The notes beneath the pieces are model-generated. The model searched no databases, was not told where the DNA came from, and saw only the letters and a program-made list of their open reading frames with translations. This document shows positions 1 to 8,939 of a DNA stretch of 64,000 bases, piece by piece (position 1 is the first letter of the stretch; every line of letters starts with the position of its first letter). The translations under genes and the position numbers were made by a program. The DNA lies in the NCBI GenBank assembly GCA_964599625.1, contig CAZRGC010000001.1, forward strand, positions 51,019-115,018. The letters are read 5' to 3'. The DNA is from an uncultured Gammaproteobacteria bacterium. Lineage in GTDB: Bacteria > Patescibacteriota > Microgenomatia > UBA8517.

Positions 1-17
1 GGCCTGTTAAAGCCCAC

Positions 18-647
18 ATGCTAGTATCTGTTGACGGACAAAAACTTATTTCGGATAACCCGGGAATACTTAAGACTATTGATAGCAGCCTTTTGCAAAT
101 ATCACTTAGACTTGGTCCACTGGGTGACGACCAGAGAAAAGTTTCGGACGTAAGTGTAGTGTCGGGAGGATTAACTATTTCGCAACTTGGAAGCGGCAAT
201 CAGTCGGAGGCGATGCTCATGGAACTGAAGGGTAAAAAGTATGTAATAAAGACAAATAAATCTTTAAGCAGAAGATTTGACAGGTACTCTCAGCCGTATA
301 CGAACGAAATGCTCCAGATACAAGCCGTGCAAAAAGCTTTTGCTTCGGAATTCAAAACCGCTGGTGTATTTATCCCAAAGATTCTTTTTGCAACGGGACA
401 TATGAGCTGCTCAGAATATGTGCAGGGTAAAAGTTTGAAAACTACTGATGACAGAAAGATAAGAGAACTGGTGGTCAAAGTTTTTGAATACGTATATGAC
501 CACAACAAAGCAGGGGATGCGCTTTGGAAGGATGTGCATTTGGATTGGAACAACGATTTTGGAAACGGGCCTACAAGGGTTGATTTGATTGATTCAGGAA
601 GTGGCATAGCTTGGGTTGACCTCTTCTACCACAAGTGGGTTAATTAA
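18..647 (+). CDS. hypothetical protein; the ORF is open to the window edge, so it may be 5'-truncated
   Basis: 209-aa ORF with no stop upstream in frame before position 1. No motif I can assign confidently. Confidence 0.35.
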   Translation: MLVSVDGQKLISDNPGILKTIDSSLLQISLRLGPLGDDQRKVSDVSVVSGGLTISQLGSGNQSEAMLMELKGKKYVIKTNKSLSRRFDRYSQPYTNEMLQIQAVQKAFASEFKTAGVFIPKILFATGHMSCSEYVQGKSLKTTDDRKIRELVVKVFEYVYDHNKAGDALWKDVHLDWNNDFGNGPTRVDLIDSGSGIAWVDLFYHKWVN

Positions 648-1828
648 CGTTTGTAATATTTTCTTCCGCTTATCTTTTCCGGCAGCAAAGATTTGTCGGT
701 ATACATTTCGTAGTCATCTCCATACCCCGCATCACTCATTAGTTTGGTAACAGGATTTCTTATCTTTTTGGGAACGGGCAAATTGCCGTACCTTCTTACA
801 TCATCGAGCGCTTTGAAGTAAGCGTCGTAAGCCCCCCTGTCCTTTTTGGCTAAGGCCAGATACAAAGCTCCGTGTGCCAGGTTTTCCTGACATTCCGGGT
901 ATCCTATTGTTTCGCAGGCTCTAAATACTTCGTTTGCCACAACAAGAGCTGTGGGTTGGGCCATCCCCACATCTTCGGATGCGAATATCACCATGCGGCG
1001 GGCTATGTATAAGGGGTCTTGTCCCGCTTCAACCATTCTGGCCAGATAGTAAAGTGTGGCGTCGGGGTCGCTTGCTCTCATTGATTTGATAAAAGCAGAA
1101 ATGACATTGTAAAAATCTTCGCCTCGTTTATCAAAAGTATATTGTCTTCTTTGTAGTGCAGTCTCAATATGTTCGACTTTTATGGTTGGAGTCTCGGCAA
1201 ACTTGGCTGCAATTTCCAAAACATTAAGCATAACTCTTGCGTCACCATTGGAAGATTCCAGAAGAAATTTCTCTGCTCCTTTGTTTAATTTTCTTTTAAG
1301 ATGCTTTGCGGCACGCTCCAGAATTTTTTTGAGATTTTTTTCTGTTAATTGCTCTAAAATTAGAACTCTGCATCGGGAAAGAAGCGGACCTATTACTTCA
1401 AATGACGGGTTTTCGGTGGTGGCGCCAATGAGAACAATGTCTCCTCTTTCCACATGAGGCAGGAGTTTATCTTGCTGAGCCTTGTTGAATCTGTGAATTT
1501 CGTCCAAAAAAACAACTGGTTGAAGAGTAAGCTTGAGTTGTTTTTGGTCGGTTACAAGTTTTTCTATGTCAGAAACTTTGGTGTTTACAGCTGAAAATTC
1601 AAAAAATTCCCTTCCGAGAGATTTTGCCAGTATTCTGGCAAGTGTAGTTTTGCCGCTCCCTGGGGGGCCCCAAAAGATCAATGAGGGAAAACCTGCAGAA
1701 TTCCCCGACAGTTTATTTACTTTTAAAAGCTTTGTAATTATTCCTTCCCGGCCGACAATATTCTCTTGACCCACAAAGTCTTTGAGGGTTTTGGGCCGAA
1801 GTGTTTCCGGAAGCGGAGACCCATCCAT
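644..1828 (-). CDS. rarA: replication-associated recombination protein A (RarA/MgsA, AAA+ ATPase)
   Basis: Walker A motif GPPGSGKTTLA. Walker B motif VVFLDEIHRFNKAQQD. Also the RarA-typical LIGATTENPSF and LLSRCRV segments, and a C-terminal MgsA helical domain. Confidence 0.9.
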   Translation of the reverse strand: MDGSPLPETLRPKTLKDFVGQENIVGREGIITKLLKVNKLSGNSAGFPSLIFWGPPGSGKTTLARILAKSLGREFFEFSAVNTKVSDIEKLVTDQKQLKLTLQPVVFLDEIHRFNKAQQDKLLPHVERGDIVLIGATTENPSFEVIGPLLSRCRVLILEQLTEKNLKKILERAAKHLKRKLNKGAEKFLLESSNGDARVMLNVLEIAAKFAETPTIKVEHIETALQRRQYTFDKRGEDFYNVISAFIKSMRASDPDATLYYLARMVEAGQDPLYIARRMVIFASEDVGMAQPTALVVANEVFRACETIGYPECQENLAHGALYLALAKKDRGAYDAYFKALDDVRRYGNLPVPKKIRNPVTKLMSDAGYGDDYEMYTDKSLLPEKISGRKYYKR

Positions 1829-1922
1829 GTAGCCGCATTATACATAATCCCCAAAAAAACCCAAACACCAAACAAAATGTCTGGACAAACATTTTATTTT
1901 AATATGACTATATAATAAATAG

Positions 1923-2531
1923 ATGTTTGGAGTAAAAATACTCGAGGAAAAAAAATCTTCTAAAAACGGGCAGCTCAAAGTTGTTAAAACACTCTTTTCC
2001 AAACCTTACATTCAGGCCCAGGGGCTTACTCAATCGGGGGGGATTGTAGAAACAATATGGAAAGGCGCATTGGGAAAAGTGAAGCTGAAGAAAGTTAGAA
2101 CATGTTTGATTTTGGGTTATGGAGGTGGGACCGTGGCACGGCTTATTGGACGCAAATGGCCATATGCCAAGATAACGGGTGTAGACAACGACTCGGACAT
2201 TGTAAATCTGGGCCAAAAATATCTGGAATCTTTCAAAAAAGCAGATGTGTACATTAAAGATGCGGAAGAATTTTTGAAAGTGAATAGAGATAAATATGAC
2301 CTAATTATTGTTGATTTGTATAAGGGGGCAAACCTTCCCGCTAAATTTAAAACCGAAGCATTTTATAAACTGGTTGCCGGGAGGCTTTCGGCGGGTGGAA
2401 TTGCTGTATTTAATAGTTTGAGTCTAAGGAAGATGTCGGAGGAGAATATAGGGCCCGTTTTGGAAAAAGTGTTTGGTAAAATTCAAATTTTCAGGCCAAT
2501 TGTGAATCTTGTTTATATTTGCTCCAACTAG
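1923..2531 (+). CDS. spermidine-synthase-like SAM-dependent methyltransferase-fold protein
   Basis: GYGGGTVAR glycine-rich SAM motif, VTGVDNDSDIV, and YDLIIVDLY acidic motif typical of short PABS/spermine-synthase-like proteins. Confidence 0.5.
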   Translation: MFGVKILEEKKSSKNGQLKVVKTLFSKPYIQAQGLTQSGGIVETIWKGALGKVKLKKVRTCLILGYGGGTVARLIGRKWPYAKITGVDNDSDIVNLGQKYLESFKKADVYIKDAEEFLKVNRDKYDLIIVDLYKGANLPAKFKTEAFYKLVAGRLSAGGIAVFNSLSLRKMSEENIGPVLEKVFGKIQIFRPIVNLVYICSN

Positions 2532-2583
2532 TTGTTGACAAGTTTATTAGTTAGTGTTTATAATACAATTACTCTAATTAAAT

Positions 2584-3249
2584 ATGGAAATTAAAAGAAG
2601 TGAACTGAATTTTGCAGTTTTGGCAACGGACATTGCAGTGCTAACTTTGGACTCAGGGAAATTAAAAGTTTTAACGGTCGAAGCTGAATCCGTAAATTTT
2701 AAAGGGCAACCGGCGCTTCCCGGGGGTTTGGTTGATGTTTCGGAGTCTTCGTTGATTGCGGCAAAAAGAATACTTCAGAAATATTTGAGATCAACTGATT
2801 TTTACACAGAACAACTTTTTACGTTTGACGATCCAAAGCGAGATCCCGCAGGGCGGGTTGTCTCGGTAGCTTACCTTATGCTCGTGCCATGGAACCAGGC
2901 AAAGGAAATAACAACGGGTGCGGCCCGTTGGGTTACTTGCGACAACCTGCCCAAAATGGCCTATGATCACAATAAGGTTACTAAAGCTGCGGTGGCGCGG
3001 TTGAAAGGCAAACTTACCTACACAAATATTGTATTTGGACTAATGCCTCAAGAATTTACATTGACCGAACTTCAGGAAACGTATGAGAACATTCTCCAAA
3101 AAAGCATGGATAAAAGGAATTTTAGGAAGAAGATAACCTTGCTGGGTATTTTGAAAGAATTATCAAAGAACCGCAAGGGTAACGCTAATCGACCTGCTAA
3201 GTTGTTTGTTTTTGGTTCCAAGAAGCTTGAAGAGGTGGAAATCTTGTAA
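2584..3249 (+). CDS. NUDIX-family protein with NrtR-like C-terminal winged-helix region
   Basis: Degenerate Nudix box LPGGLVDVSESSLIAAKRILQKYL followed by a C-terminal domain resembling the NrtR DNA-binding module (LTELQETYENIL). The hydrolase motif is not canonical. Confidence 0.5.
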   Translation: MEIKRSELNFAVLATDIAVLTLDSGKLKVLTVEAESVNFKGQPALPGGLVDVSESSLIAAKRILQKYLRSTDFYTEQLFTFDDPKRDPAGRVVSVAYLMLVPWNQAKEITTGAARWVTCDNLPKMAYDHNKVTKAAVARLKGKLTYTNIVFGLMPQEFTLTELQETYENILQKSMDKRNFRKKITLLGILKELSKNRKGNANRPAKLFVFGSKKLEEVEIL

Positions 3250-3511
3250 TTTAAAAAAACTATAAGAATATTTTTTGATTACCAAAAATAACAATATCCA
3301 AAAATTGAACTTTTTACTGAACTCAATTTTTATCTAACTGCGATCAACAGATTGCAATAATCTAAAAACTATAGTATTATTCCAGACGTGAATTTGGGTA
3401 TAAATTTCTGAAGCCTCTTACTCTGATTTGAGGGCTGAAACAGAGCTTTGACTGTCAAAACTCTGGACAGCTTTTAATGCTCATTGACATTCAAAAATTT
3501 GGAAAGGGAAA

Positions 3512-4279
3512 GTGCCCATGTTTACAGACATTCAGATACGTACTGCACAGATCATCGGAAGGATGCACCTTACCGAGGGACTCAACATGCAGGACGTCCT
3601 GCACATGAGTTTTGCTGATGTGGGACCCAAAAGCGCTGTTCATGGCGTAATCTGTGACGGTTGTTCGCGAGACGCGAATCAACGACCGCTTCACAGCGAG
3701 GTTGGTGCTAGGCTTGGAGGGGACTTTCTGAGAGACGAAACCCAGAGGCTTTTGCTTCGCGGTGTGCCTATCAGGAATATTCCCCCGATTCTGCACAGAG
3801 GACTGATCAACTATGTTCGAAGACAGGCCGATACGATGCCGTTCAGGGATGCAAAATCCCAGATCCAGTTCATTGTGGACAAATTCTTGTTCACAACGGT
3901 TGGATTTATTCGGAATCAAACCGAAACCCTTGTTTACTACCAGGGAGACGGAGTTATCGTCATCAACGACGAACGGACCATAATCGACCAGAATGATCAC
4001 CCGACATACATCGGCTATCATGCAATCAGGCGCGAGTGGCTTCCCAAGGAAGTATCAAAACTTCCCGAAGGATTTACTACGCTTGTATTTCCCAACGACA
4101 CACTCGAAAAAATGGCGATCGCATCGGACTCGCTCGGCAAAGAACCTGATTTTTTTGATCAGCTCTGGGGATACAAAAACCCCATGGGTCTGCAAAGAAA
4201 GGTGAATGCCTGGTCTTTAAACGATCACAAGTTCGCTGACGATTTGTCAATAATAACCGTGGAGAAAGTGGCTCAATAA
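3512..4279 (+). CDS. PP2C-like (SpoIIE-type) protein phosphatase
   Basis: VHGVICDGCS corresponds to the metal-binding motif AVADGMGG. GDGVIVINDE corresponds to the LCSDGL motif. C-terminal ADDLSIITVEKV corresponds to the terminal DDiTvvvv motif. Divergent, so family membership needs an HMM. Confidence 0.5.
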   Translation: MPMFTDIQIRTAQIIGRMHLTEGLNMQDVLHMSFADVGPKSAVHGVICDGCSRDANQRPLHSEVGARLGGDFLRDETQRLLLRGVPIRNIPPILHRGLINYVRRQADTMPFRDAKSQIQFIVDKFLFTTVGFIRNQTETLVYYQGDGVIVINDERTIIDQNDHPTYIGYHAIRREWLPKEVSKLPEGFTTLVFPNDTLEKMAIASDSLGKEPDFFDQLWGYKNPMGLQRKVNAWSLNDHKFADDLSIITVEKVAQ

Positions 4280-4291
4280 TCGGAGGTTTAA

Positions 4292-6205
4292 ATGCGAGTT
4301 TTTATCGGCAACAATGCCGTCACTCTCGATAAACGGACCTTCAAGGGAGCCGGCGGCGAGGGTGCTGTTCACAAGATTTTACACAACGGACATGCGACAG
4401 GTCTGAAGGTTTATGAAACCCCAACACGGGAACGTGCGGAGAAGCTTATGGCTTTTTTCAAACGTGCCCCGAGGTTCACAAACCGGGTGATTGCGCCGCA
4501 GGAACTGGTGTTCAATAGTGCAGGGACTGCCGTTGGTTATACCTACGACCCCTCACACTACCCAATTGGCTTCACGATGCCTTTTGTGGATGGAAACTTT
4601 GCGGAACTGAAACAGCTTTCAAACAAAAAGTTCCGTAAAAGCTACCGCATTAGTACGCGTGATGTTGCGTTGGTTTTTCTTGATGGGATTCCAACACTTA
4701 GCAAAGTGGTTCACTCTCAGGGCTTTGTGGTCGGCGACCTGAGTGATGCGAACGAGATCACAATCAACAACCAGATGTTTTTTTGGGATGTTGACGCTTG
4801 GCAGTTTGACGGATTTCCGTGTCCTGTGGCAACACGAGACTTTGTTGATCCGGCGCTTTACGGCGTTGATTTTTCCAAGAAACCGTCTTTCAACACAGGT
4901 AACGACTGGTATTCGTATGCCGTTCTCCTTTTTAAGAGTCTGCTTCTGGTTCATCCATACGGAGGAACACACAACAGAGTAGATGATCAGCTGGAAAGAG
5001 CGGCTCGCAAAATATCTGTTTTTGACAAAAATGTCGTATATCCTGTAATCGGTATTCATCCCGACATTCTGACTGACGACCTTCATCACGTTTTTTATCA
5101 GTATTTTACCGAAGGTCAAAGAATGCCTTTTCCCGAAAAAACTTTGTCAGATTATCTTGATTCTCTGCGCGAGTGCACATCTTGCGGTACATATTTCCCG
5201 GGAGGCCGTGGAACATGTCCTGTGTGTAGTGCAAAAACGATGGTTGTTATTCAAAAACCGTCTACCTCCGCAAAAGATCTGGATATCTATGAGGTTATAA
5301 GGGTCAATGGCGATGTGCTTGCCAACGCAGTTATTGGCGATCAGGCACGTTTGCTGGTTAATGAAAACGGAAAGATCGTCTATTATGCGAAAGACCTTCG
5401 AAGTAAGACGTTCCCTGGAGTTCGTCGTGAACTTTTCCGTCACATACCCGGCTCAAAGTTCGAGATCGGTTCGGAGCATGTATATGTGAATCAGCCAAAA
5501 AGCGAAGAAATCCTTGTTTACGAGATTGCAACCGGAAAACTGGTGGGCAAGCTCACAACGGAGATTTTTGCTCCCGTAAGACGGGCTTCCTTCAGGGCAT
5601 CTGCATCTCATTTGTATCGCATTGACGGCAACGAACTCAAATTCGGCCGGCTTCGTGGAAATAGTTTTGAGGAGCAGAAGCTTAGGAATGTAGTTGATGA
5701 CCAAACCTGGTTTTGGGTGGAAGATAACTCCGACACCCCTTACGTTTTTGGTTTATTCCAGGTTCTCAAGCAACAAATGTTCTGGATGGTAAAAGATGGG
5801 AGACATTATGACGTACAAATTCCTGAACTCGAGATGGGAGAAGCAGTTCTCGATCTTGCGGTAAGGTTTTCAAGTCAGGGTGTATACCTTCTTAGGAAGA
5901 CTCAGCTTAACGGTATTAACTACGTAAGGCGCGAGATGGTGGACTCAAGCGGAAAGGTGATTTTCACCGACCGTATGGAGGAATCCAAATTGCCCAACCC
6001 CGATATCCATAACATAACCTATTCAACAGGTTTGGCTCTCCACGCTACGGATAAGGGTGTCTTAAACGAAAACGTTAAGACTGGGGCAACGAAGCTTTTC
6101 ACAAGCACCGAAGGCTTTGTTGATAGTGGAGATTCGCTTTTGCGATATGGTGCCTCGATCCTTGCAATCAAACAGGACCGAGTATTGATGATTTCACCCA
6201 AATAA
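4292..6205 (+). CDS. atypical protein-kinase-like protein with central CxxC zinc ribbon and about 300-aa beta-rich C-terminal region
   Basis: Glycine loop GAGGEGAV, putative beta3 Lys in TGLKVYE, catalytic-loop-like VVGDLSDANE (D-L-x-x-x-N), and DFG-like DVDAWQF. Zinc ribbon CTSCGTYF...CPVCS. Confidence 0.5.
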   Translation: MRVFIGNNAVTLDKRTFKGAGGEGAVHKILHNGHATGLKVYETPTRERAEKLMAFFKRAPRFTNRVIAPQELVFNSAGTAVGYTYDPSHYPIGFTMPFVDGNFAELKQLSNKKFRKSYRISTRDVALVFLDGIPTLSKVVHSQGFVVGDLSDANEITINNQMFFWDVDAWQFDGFPCPVATRDFVDPALYGVDFSKKPSFNTGNDWYSYAVLLFKSLLLVHPYGGTHNRVDDQLERAARKISVFDKNVVYPVIGIHPDILTDDLHHVFYQYFTEGQRMPFPEKTLSDYLDSLRECTSCGTYFPGGRGTCPVCSAKTMVVIQKPSTSAKDLDIYEVIRVNGDVLANAVIGDQARLLVNENGKIVYYAKDLRSKTFPGVRRELFRHIPGSKFEIGSEHVYVNQPKSEEILVYEIATGKLVGKLTTEIFAPVRRASFRASASHLYRIDGNELKFGRLRGNSFEEQKLRNVVDDQTWFWVEDNSDTPYVFGLFQVLKQQMFWMVKDGRHYDVQIPELEMGEAVLDLAVRFSSQGVYLLRKTQLNGINYVRREMVDSSGKVIFTDRMEESKLPNPDIHNITYSTGLALHATDKGVLNENVKTGATKLFTSTEGFVDSGDSLLRYGASILAIKQDRVLMISPK

Positions 6206-6222
6206 ACCCAAGGAGACTCGAA

Positions 6223-7149
6223 ATGAGTACACCGTTGTTCAATGCAAGTGGTCTGGGAACACTCCGCAAACCCGACCTTGCAAAATATGCCGCTCTCGGC
6301 AAAAATGCGGGACTGAAACCGGCTAGTGAAGACACATTCCGCCGCGTTTTGGTTTTGGTGGACATGCAGAACGACTTTATGGATCAACCATTGGCCGCTC
6401 TTCCTGTTCCCGGCGCTCTTGGCGACGTCAAGCGCGTGATCGAATACATCTACCGCAACCCGGAGAAGATCACAAAGATCGTCGCAAGTCTGGATACACA
6501 CGTCAAACGCATGATCTTCCACCCTGAATGGTGGATCAATGTGGAGACCAAGGAGCACCCGACTCCATACACCGAGATCACTTTGGCTGACATCAAGGCC
6601 GGTAAGTGGCAGGCGCTCGTTGACCCCATCTGGTCCGTTCGCTATGTCGCGTATCTCGAAACCCATGCACAGAAGCATCTCATGATCTGGCCATATCACT
6701 GCATCGTTGGCACTCAAGGTCAGGAACTTGTTCCCGAACTTGCAGAAGCCATCGCTTGGCACTCGGCCGCGCGCGGCACCACCGCTGATTTCATTGAGAA
6801 GGGGACCGACCCCAGGACCGAACACTACGGCATCTGGAAAGCGGAAATGGAAGATCCAAAAGATCCTTCAACTCTCATGAATGTCACCGCTCTTGATATG
6901 ATTTCTTCGTTCGATGAAATCAACATGGCGGGTGAAGCCTGGTCACATTGTGTGGATGCAACAATGCGGCAAGAAGTCGGCTATTTTTCCAATCAGCCCG
7001 ACGTCATCCGCAAGATCCGTTTTATGATCGACTGCACGAGCCCGGTGGCACATCCCACTATCGATTTCCGTGCCATGGCTCAGGCGTCGCTCGACAAAAT
7101 GGTCGCACAGGGTGTAGTTGTCATCAACTCAACTGACCCGGTCAAGTAA
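6223..7149 (+). CDS. isochorismatase-family (cysteine hydrolase / nicotinamidase-like) protein
   Basis: VLVLVDMQNDF (DxQxDF) N-terminal motif and AGEAWSHCV catalytic-Cys motif of the isochorismatase/PncA/YcaC family. Confidence 0.65.
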   Translation: MSTPLFNASGLGTLRKPDLAKYAALGKNAGLKPASEDTFRRVLVLVDMQNDFMDQPLAALPVPGALGDVKRVIEYIYRNPEKITKIVASLDTHVKRMIFHPEWWINVETKEHPTPYTEITLADIKAGKWQALVDPIWSVRYVAYLETHAQKHLMIWPYHCIVGTQGQELVPELAEAIAWHSAARGTTADFIEKGTDPRTEHYGIWKAEMEDPKDPSTLMNVTALDMISSFDEINMAGEAWSHCVDATMRQEVGYFSNQPDVIRKIRFMIDCTSPVAHPTIDFRAMAQASLDKMVAQGVVVINSTDPVK

Positions 7150-7189
7150 TACCAACCTTTTTCAAGATCAAATTTCAAGGAGATTTGCA

Positions 7190-7948
7190 ATGTCTCAATC
7201 AAAACAACCATCGGAAGCCATTGTTGGTGCAGGGCTTTCCGTAGAAGCAACCAACATTCTTGTCAAGAATGTGAACACGAAAACGATGGCCGGCGCAGGT
7301 GGTACTGATGTCGACGATCTGGTGACAGATGTCGTTACCCTCTCGCTTCTCATTGTGGACGAAAGCTATTCGATGTCTGACGACGAGACTCAAGTCAAGT
7401 CCGAAATCGATGCCAGTATCGAGGCGATCAAGGATAGCTCTCAGCGGGACGAGATCCTTCTGTCCATTTGGGCGTTTAATTCGCGCACCCGCCTGATTCA
7501 CAGCTACCTCAGCCTGGACCTGGTGGAACCGTTCACGGATTATCATCCGCAGAACAACACGGCGCTTTACGACTCGATCATCGACGGTCTGACCGGCCTG
7601 GTCAAGTATGAGGCAGAACTCAAAGCCCAAGGCTGGCGCGTCAAGCTCAACGTAGGCGTGGTCACCGATGGTGACGACAACGAGAGCCGCCATACCGCCG
7701 CGCAAGTCAAGACTGTGGTCGAGGAACTCCGCCGCAAGCGAGAGAACGCTACGTTCGCCCTTATTGCCCTCGGCAATGACGTGGACGAGACCGTACTCGC
7801 CGCGAGCATGGGTTTCCCCGATCCCAAACGATTCGATAAGACCCCTCAGGGCCGCCGCCGCGCGTTCGGTACCTGGAGTTCGAGTGTCATCAAGACCTCC
7901 CAAACCCAGATCGGCACCGCCAGTGGCAGTCTGTTCCAGGCACCCTAA
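7190..7948 (+). CDS. von Willebrand factor A domain protein (TerY-like)
   Basis: MIDAS motif LLIVDESYSMSD (DxSxS) plus downstream T and D residues (VVTDGDDNES). Start moved to the ATG at 7190 because AAGGAG sits 8 nt upstream; the ORF track begins at 7118. Confidence 0.75.
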   Translation: MSQSKQPSEAIVGAGLSVEATNILVKNVNTKTMAGAGGTDVDDLVTDVVTLSLLIVDESYSMSDDETQVKSEIDASIEAIKDSSQRDEILLSIWAFNSRTRLIHSYLSLDLVEPFTDYHPQNNTALYDSIIDGLTGLVKYEAELKAQGWRVKLNVGVVTDGDDNESRHTAAQVKTVVEELRRKRENATFALIALGNDVDETVLAASMGFPDPKRFDKTPQGRRRAFGTWSSSVIKTSQTQIGTASGSLFQAP

Positions 7949-7990
7949 TTTGCAGGGCAGTCCTGTGAGAAAAAAGTAAGTGTAAGTACA

Positions 7991-8042
7991 AAAGGAGAAC
8001 AATTCTTTCGCCGCAAGCGACTGAAGGGTTCTCCTTTTTTTG
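7991..8042 (+). terminator. rho-independent terminator ending the high-GC operon
   Basis: AAGGAGAAC pairs with GTTCTCCTT around a long loop, followed by a TTTTTTT run. Confidence 0.5.
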
Positions 8043-8059
8043 TGGTGTAAAATTCACTT

Positions 8060-8896
8060 ATGACCGAAAAAGCTTATGAACACGACTTGAATTTTGCCCA
8101 AGCTTGTGCAAACTATCTTCACGACATGTATCTAGAGGGCGTTTTAACCACAAACGATTTAGAAAGATTCGGTGATAAAGAGATCGACGAGCTGGTACTT
8201 AGAATCCACAAGGGAGGATTTCCTCCACACACAAACTACATGAGATGGGAACATGGGCAAAAACTTAAAGCGATTTTTCATTCGGAAACTCTTCCAAAAG
8301 TTGAAAGGCCTGATACTTTTGAGATAACAAAGTTTGTAGAAAATTTTTTGGATCATCAAAGACAACGCGGCTTTGATGAAATAACTGGTGCTATTGTTTA
8401 CGGAAGTCTTGTAGATGAAACCAGATTTGTTAGAGAAGGAAGTGATCTGGATATATTATTACTTGCAAATACACATTCAGGAAGTTTGTTTCTGGAAAAT
8501 GCATGGTTACAAGATCCCGATTCAGAAGTTAGTTCGGGGGATATTGAAATAAGGTCAAGATATGAGAATTGGAAACAAGATGCGTATAAATTTGCAAAAT
8601 ATGTGTTTCCTCAATTTCAAAACACACCACTCGAAATTGGACACATCTACAACCGCGACATGTTTGAGTATGCACTTTCTCCTGATTCCAAAATGGAAGT
8701 ACCTTGGTGGCTCTATTCACAAGGGATTTATACAATAGGTGGGTTTGAGGATATGTCGGAAGAAAAAGTTGATGCCGAAATTGAAGCAGCACTAAAATCT
8801 AAATGGGTTAAAGAATCAAAACTAAAAACAATCGAGGATATCAAAAAAAATCTGACCACTTTTTTTGGAAGAAACGACAGGTATAAGAAAAAATAA
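8060..8896 (+). CDS. nucleotidyltransferase-domain protein (Pol-beta superfamily)
   Basis: GAIVYGSLVDETRFVREGSDLDILLL matches the minimal NTase signature hG[GS]...DhDh. Confidence 0.5.
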   Translation: MTEKAYEHDLNFAQACANYLHDMYLEGVLTTNDLERFGDKEIDELVLRIHKGGFPPHTNYMRWEHGQKLKAIFHSETLPKVERPDTFEITKFVENFLDHQRQRGFDEITGAIVYGSLVDETRFVREGSDLDILLLANTHSGSLFLENAWLQDPDSEVSSGDIEIRSRYENWKQDAYKFAKYVFPQFQNTPLEIGHIYNRDMFEYALSPDSKMEVPWWLYSQGIYTIGGFEDMSEEKVDAEIEAALKSKWVKESKLKTIEDIKKNLTTFFGRNDRYKKK

Positions 8897-8939
8897 TCTC
8901 AATTTAGCATTGTGTCAACTTCTCTGCTAAAATAAACGC

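Larger units (their letters stand above)
3491..8045. other. higher-GC island (putative horizontally acquired) carrying a PP2C/kinase/isochorismatase/vWA operon
   Basis: Sampled 60-nt stretches inside are about 55-65 % GC versus about 30-40 % in the flanks. Four co-oriented genes with 12-40 nt spacers. Bounded by a 260-nt AT-rich spacer on the left and a hairpin terminator on the right. Confidence 0.6.

Noticed and set aside
3491-4021. 176-aa minus-strand ORF competing with the PP2C-like gene
   Set aside because: The plus-strand frame carries PP2C-like motifs and is co-directional with the rest of the operon.
4619-5119. 166-aa minus-strand ORF inside the kinase-like gene
   Set aside because: Antisense to a gene with coherent kinase-like and zinc-ribbon motifs.
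7199-8002. 267-aa minus-strand ORF, plus ORFs at 6019..6825(-), 7567..7827(-) and 7668..7979(+)
   Set aside because: They lie entirely antisense to or out of frame with the motif-bearing isochorismatase and vWA genes. Long spurious ORFs are expected in GC-rich DNA, and none has a recognisable domain.
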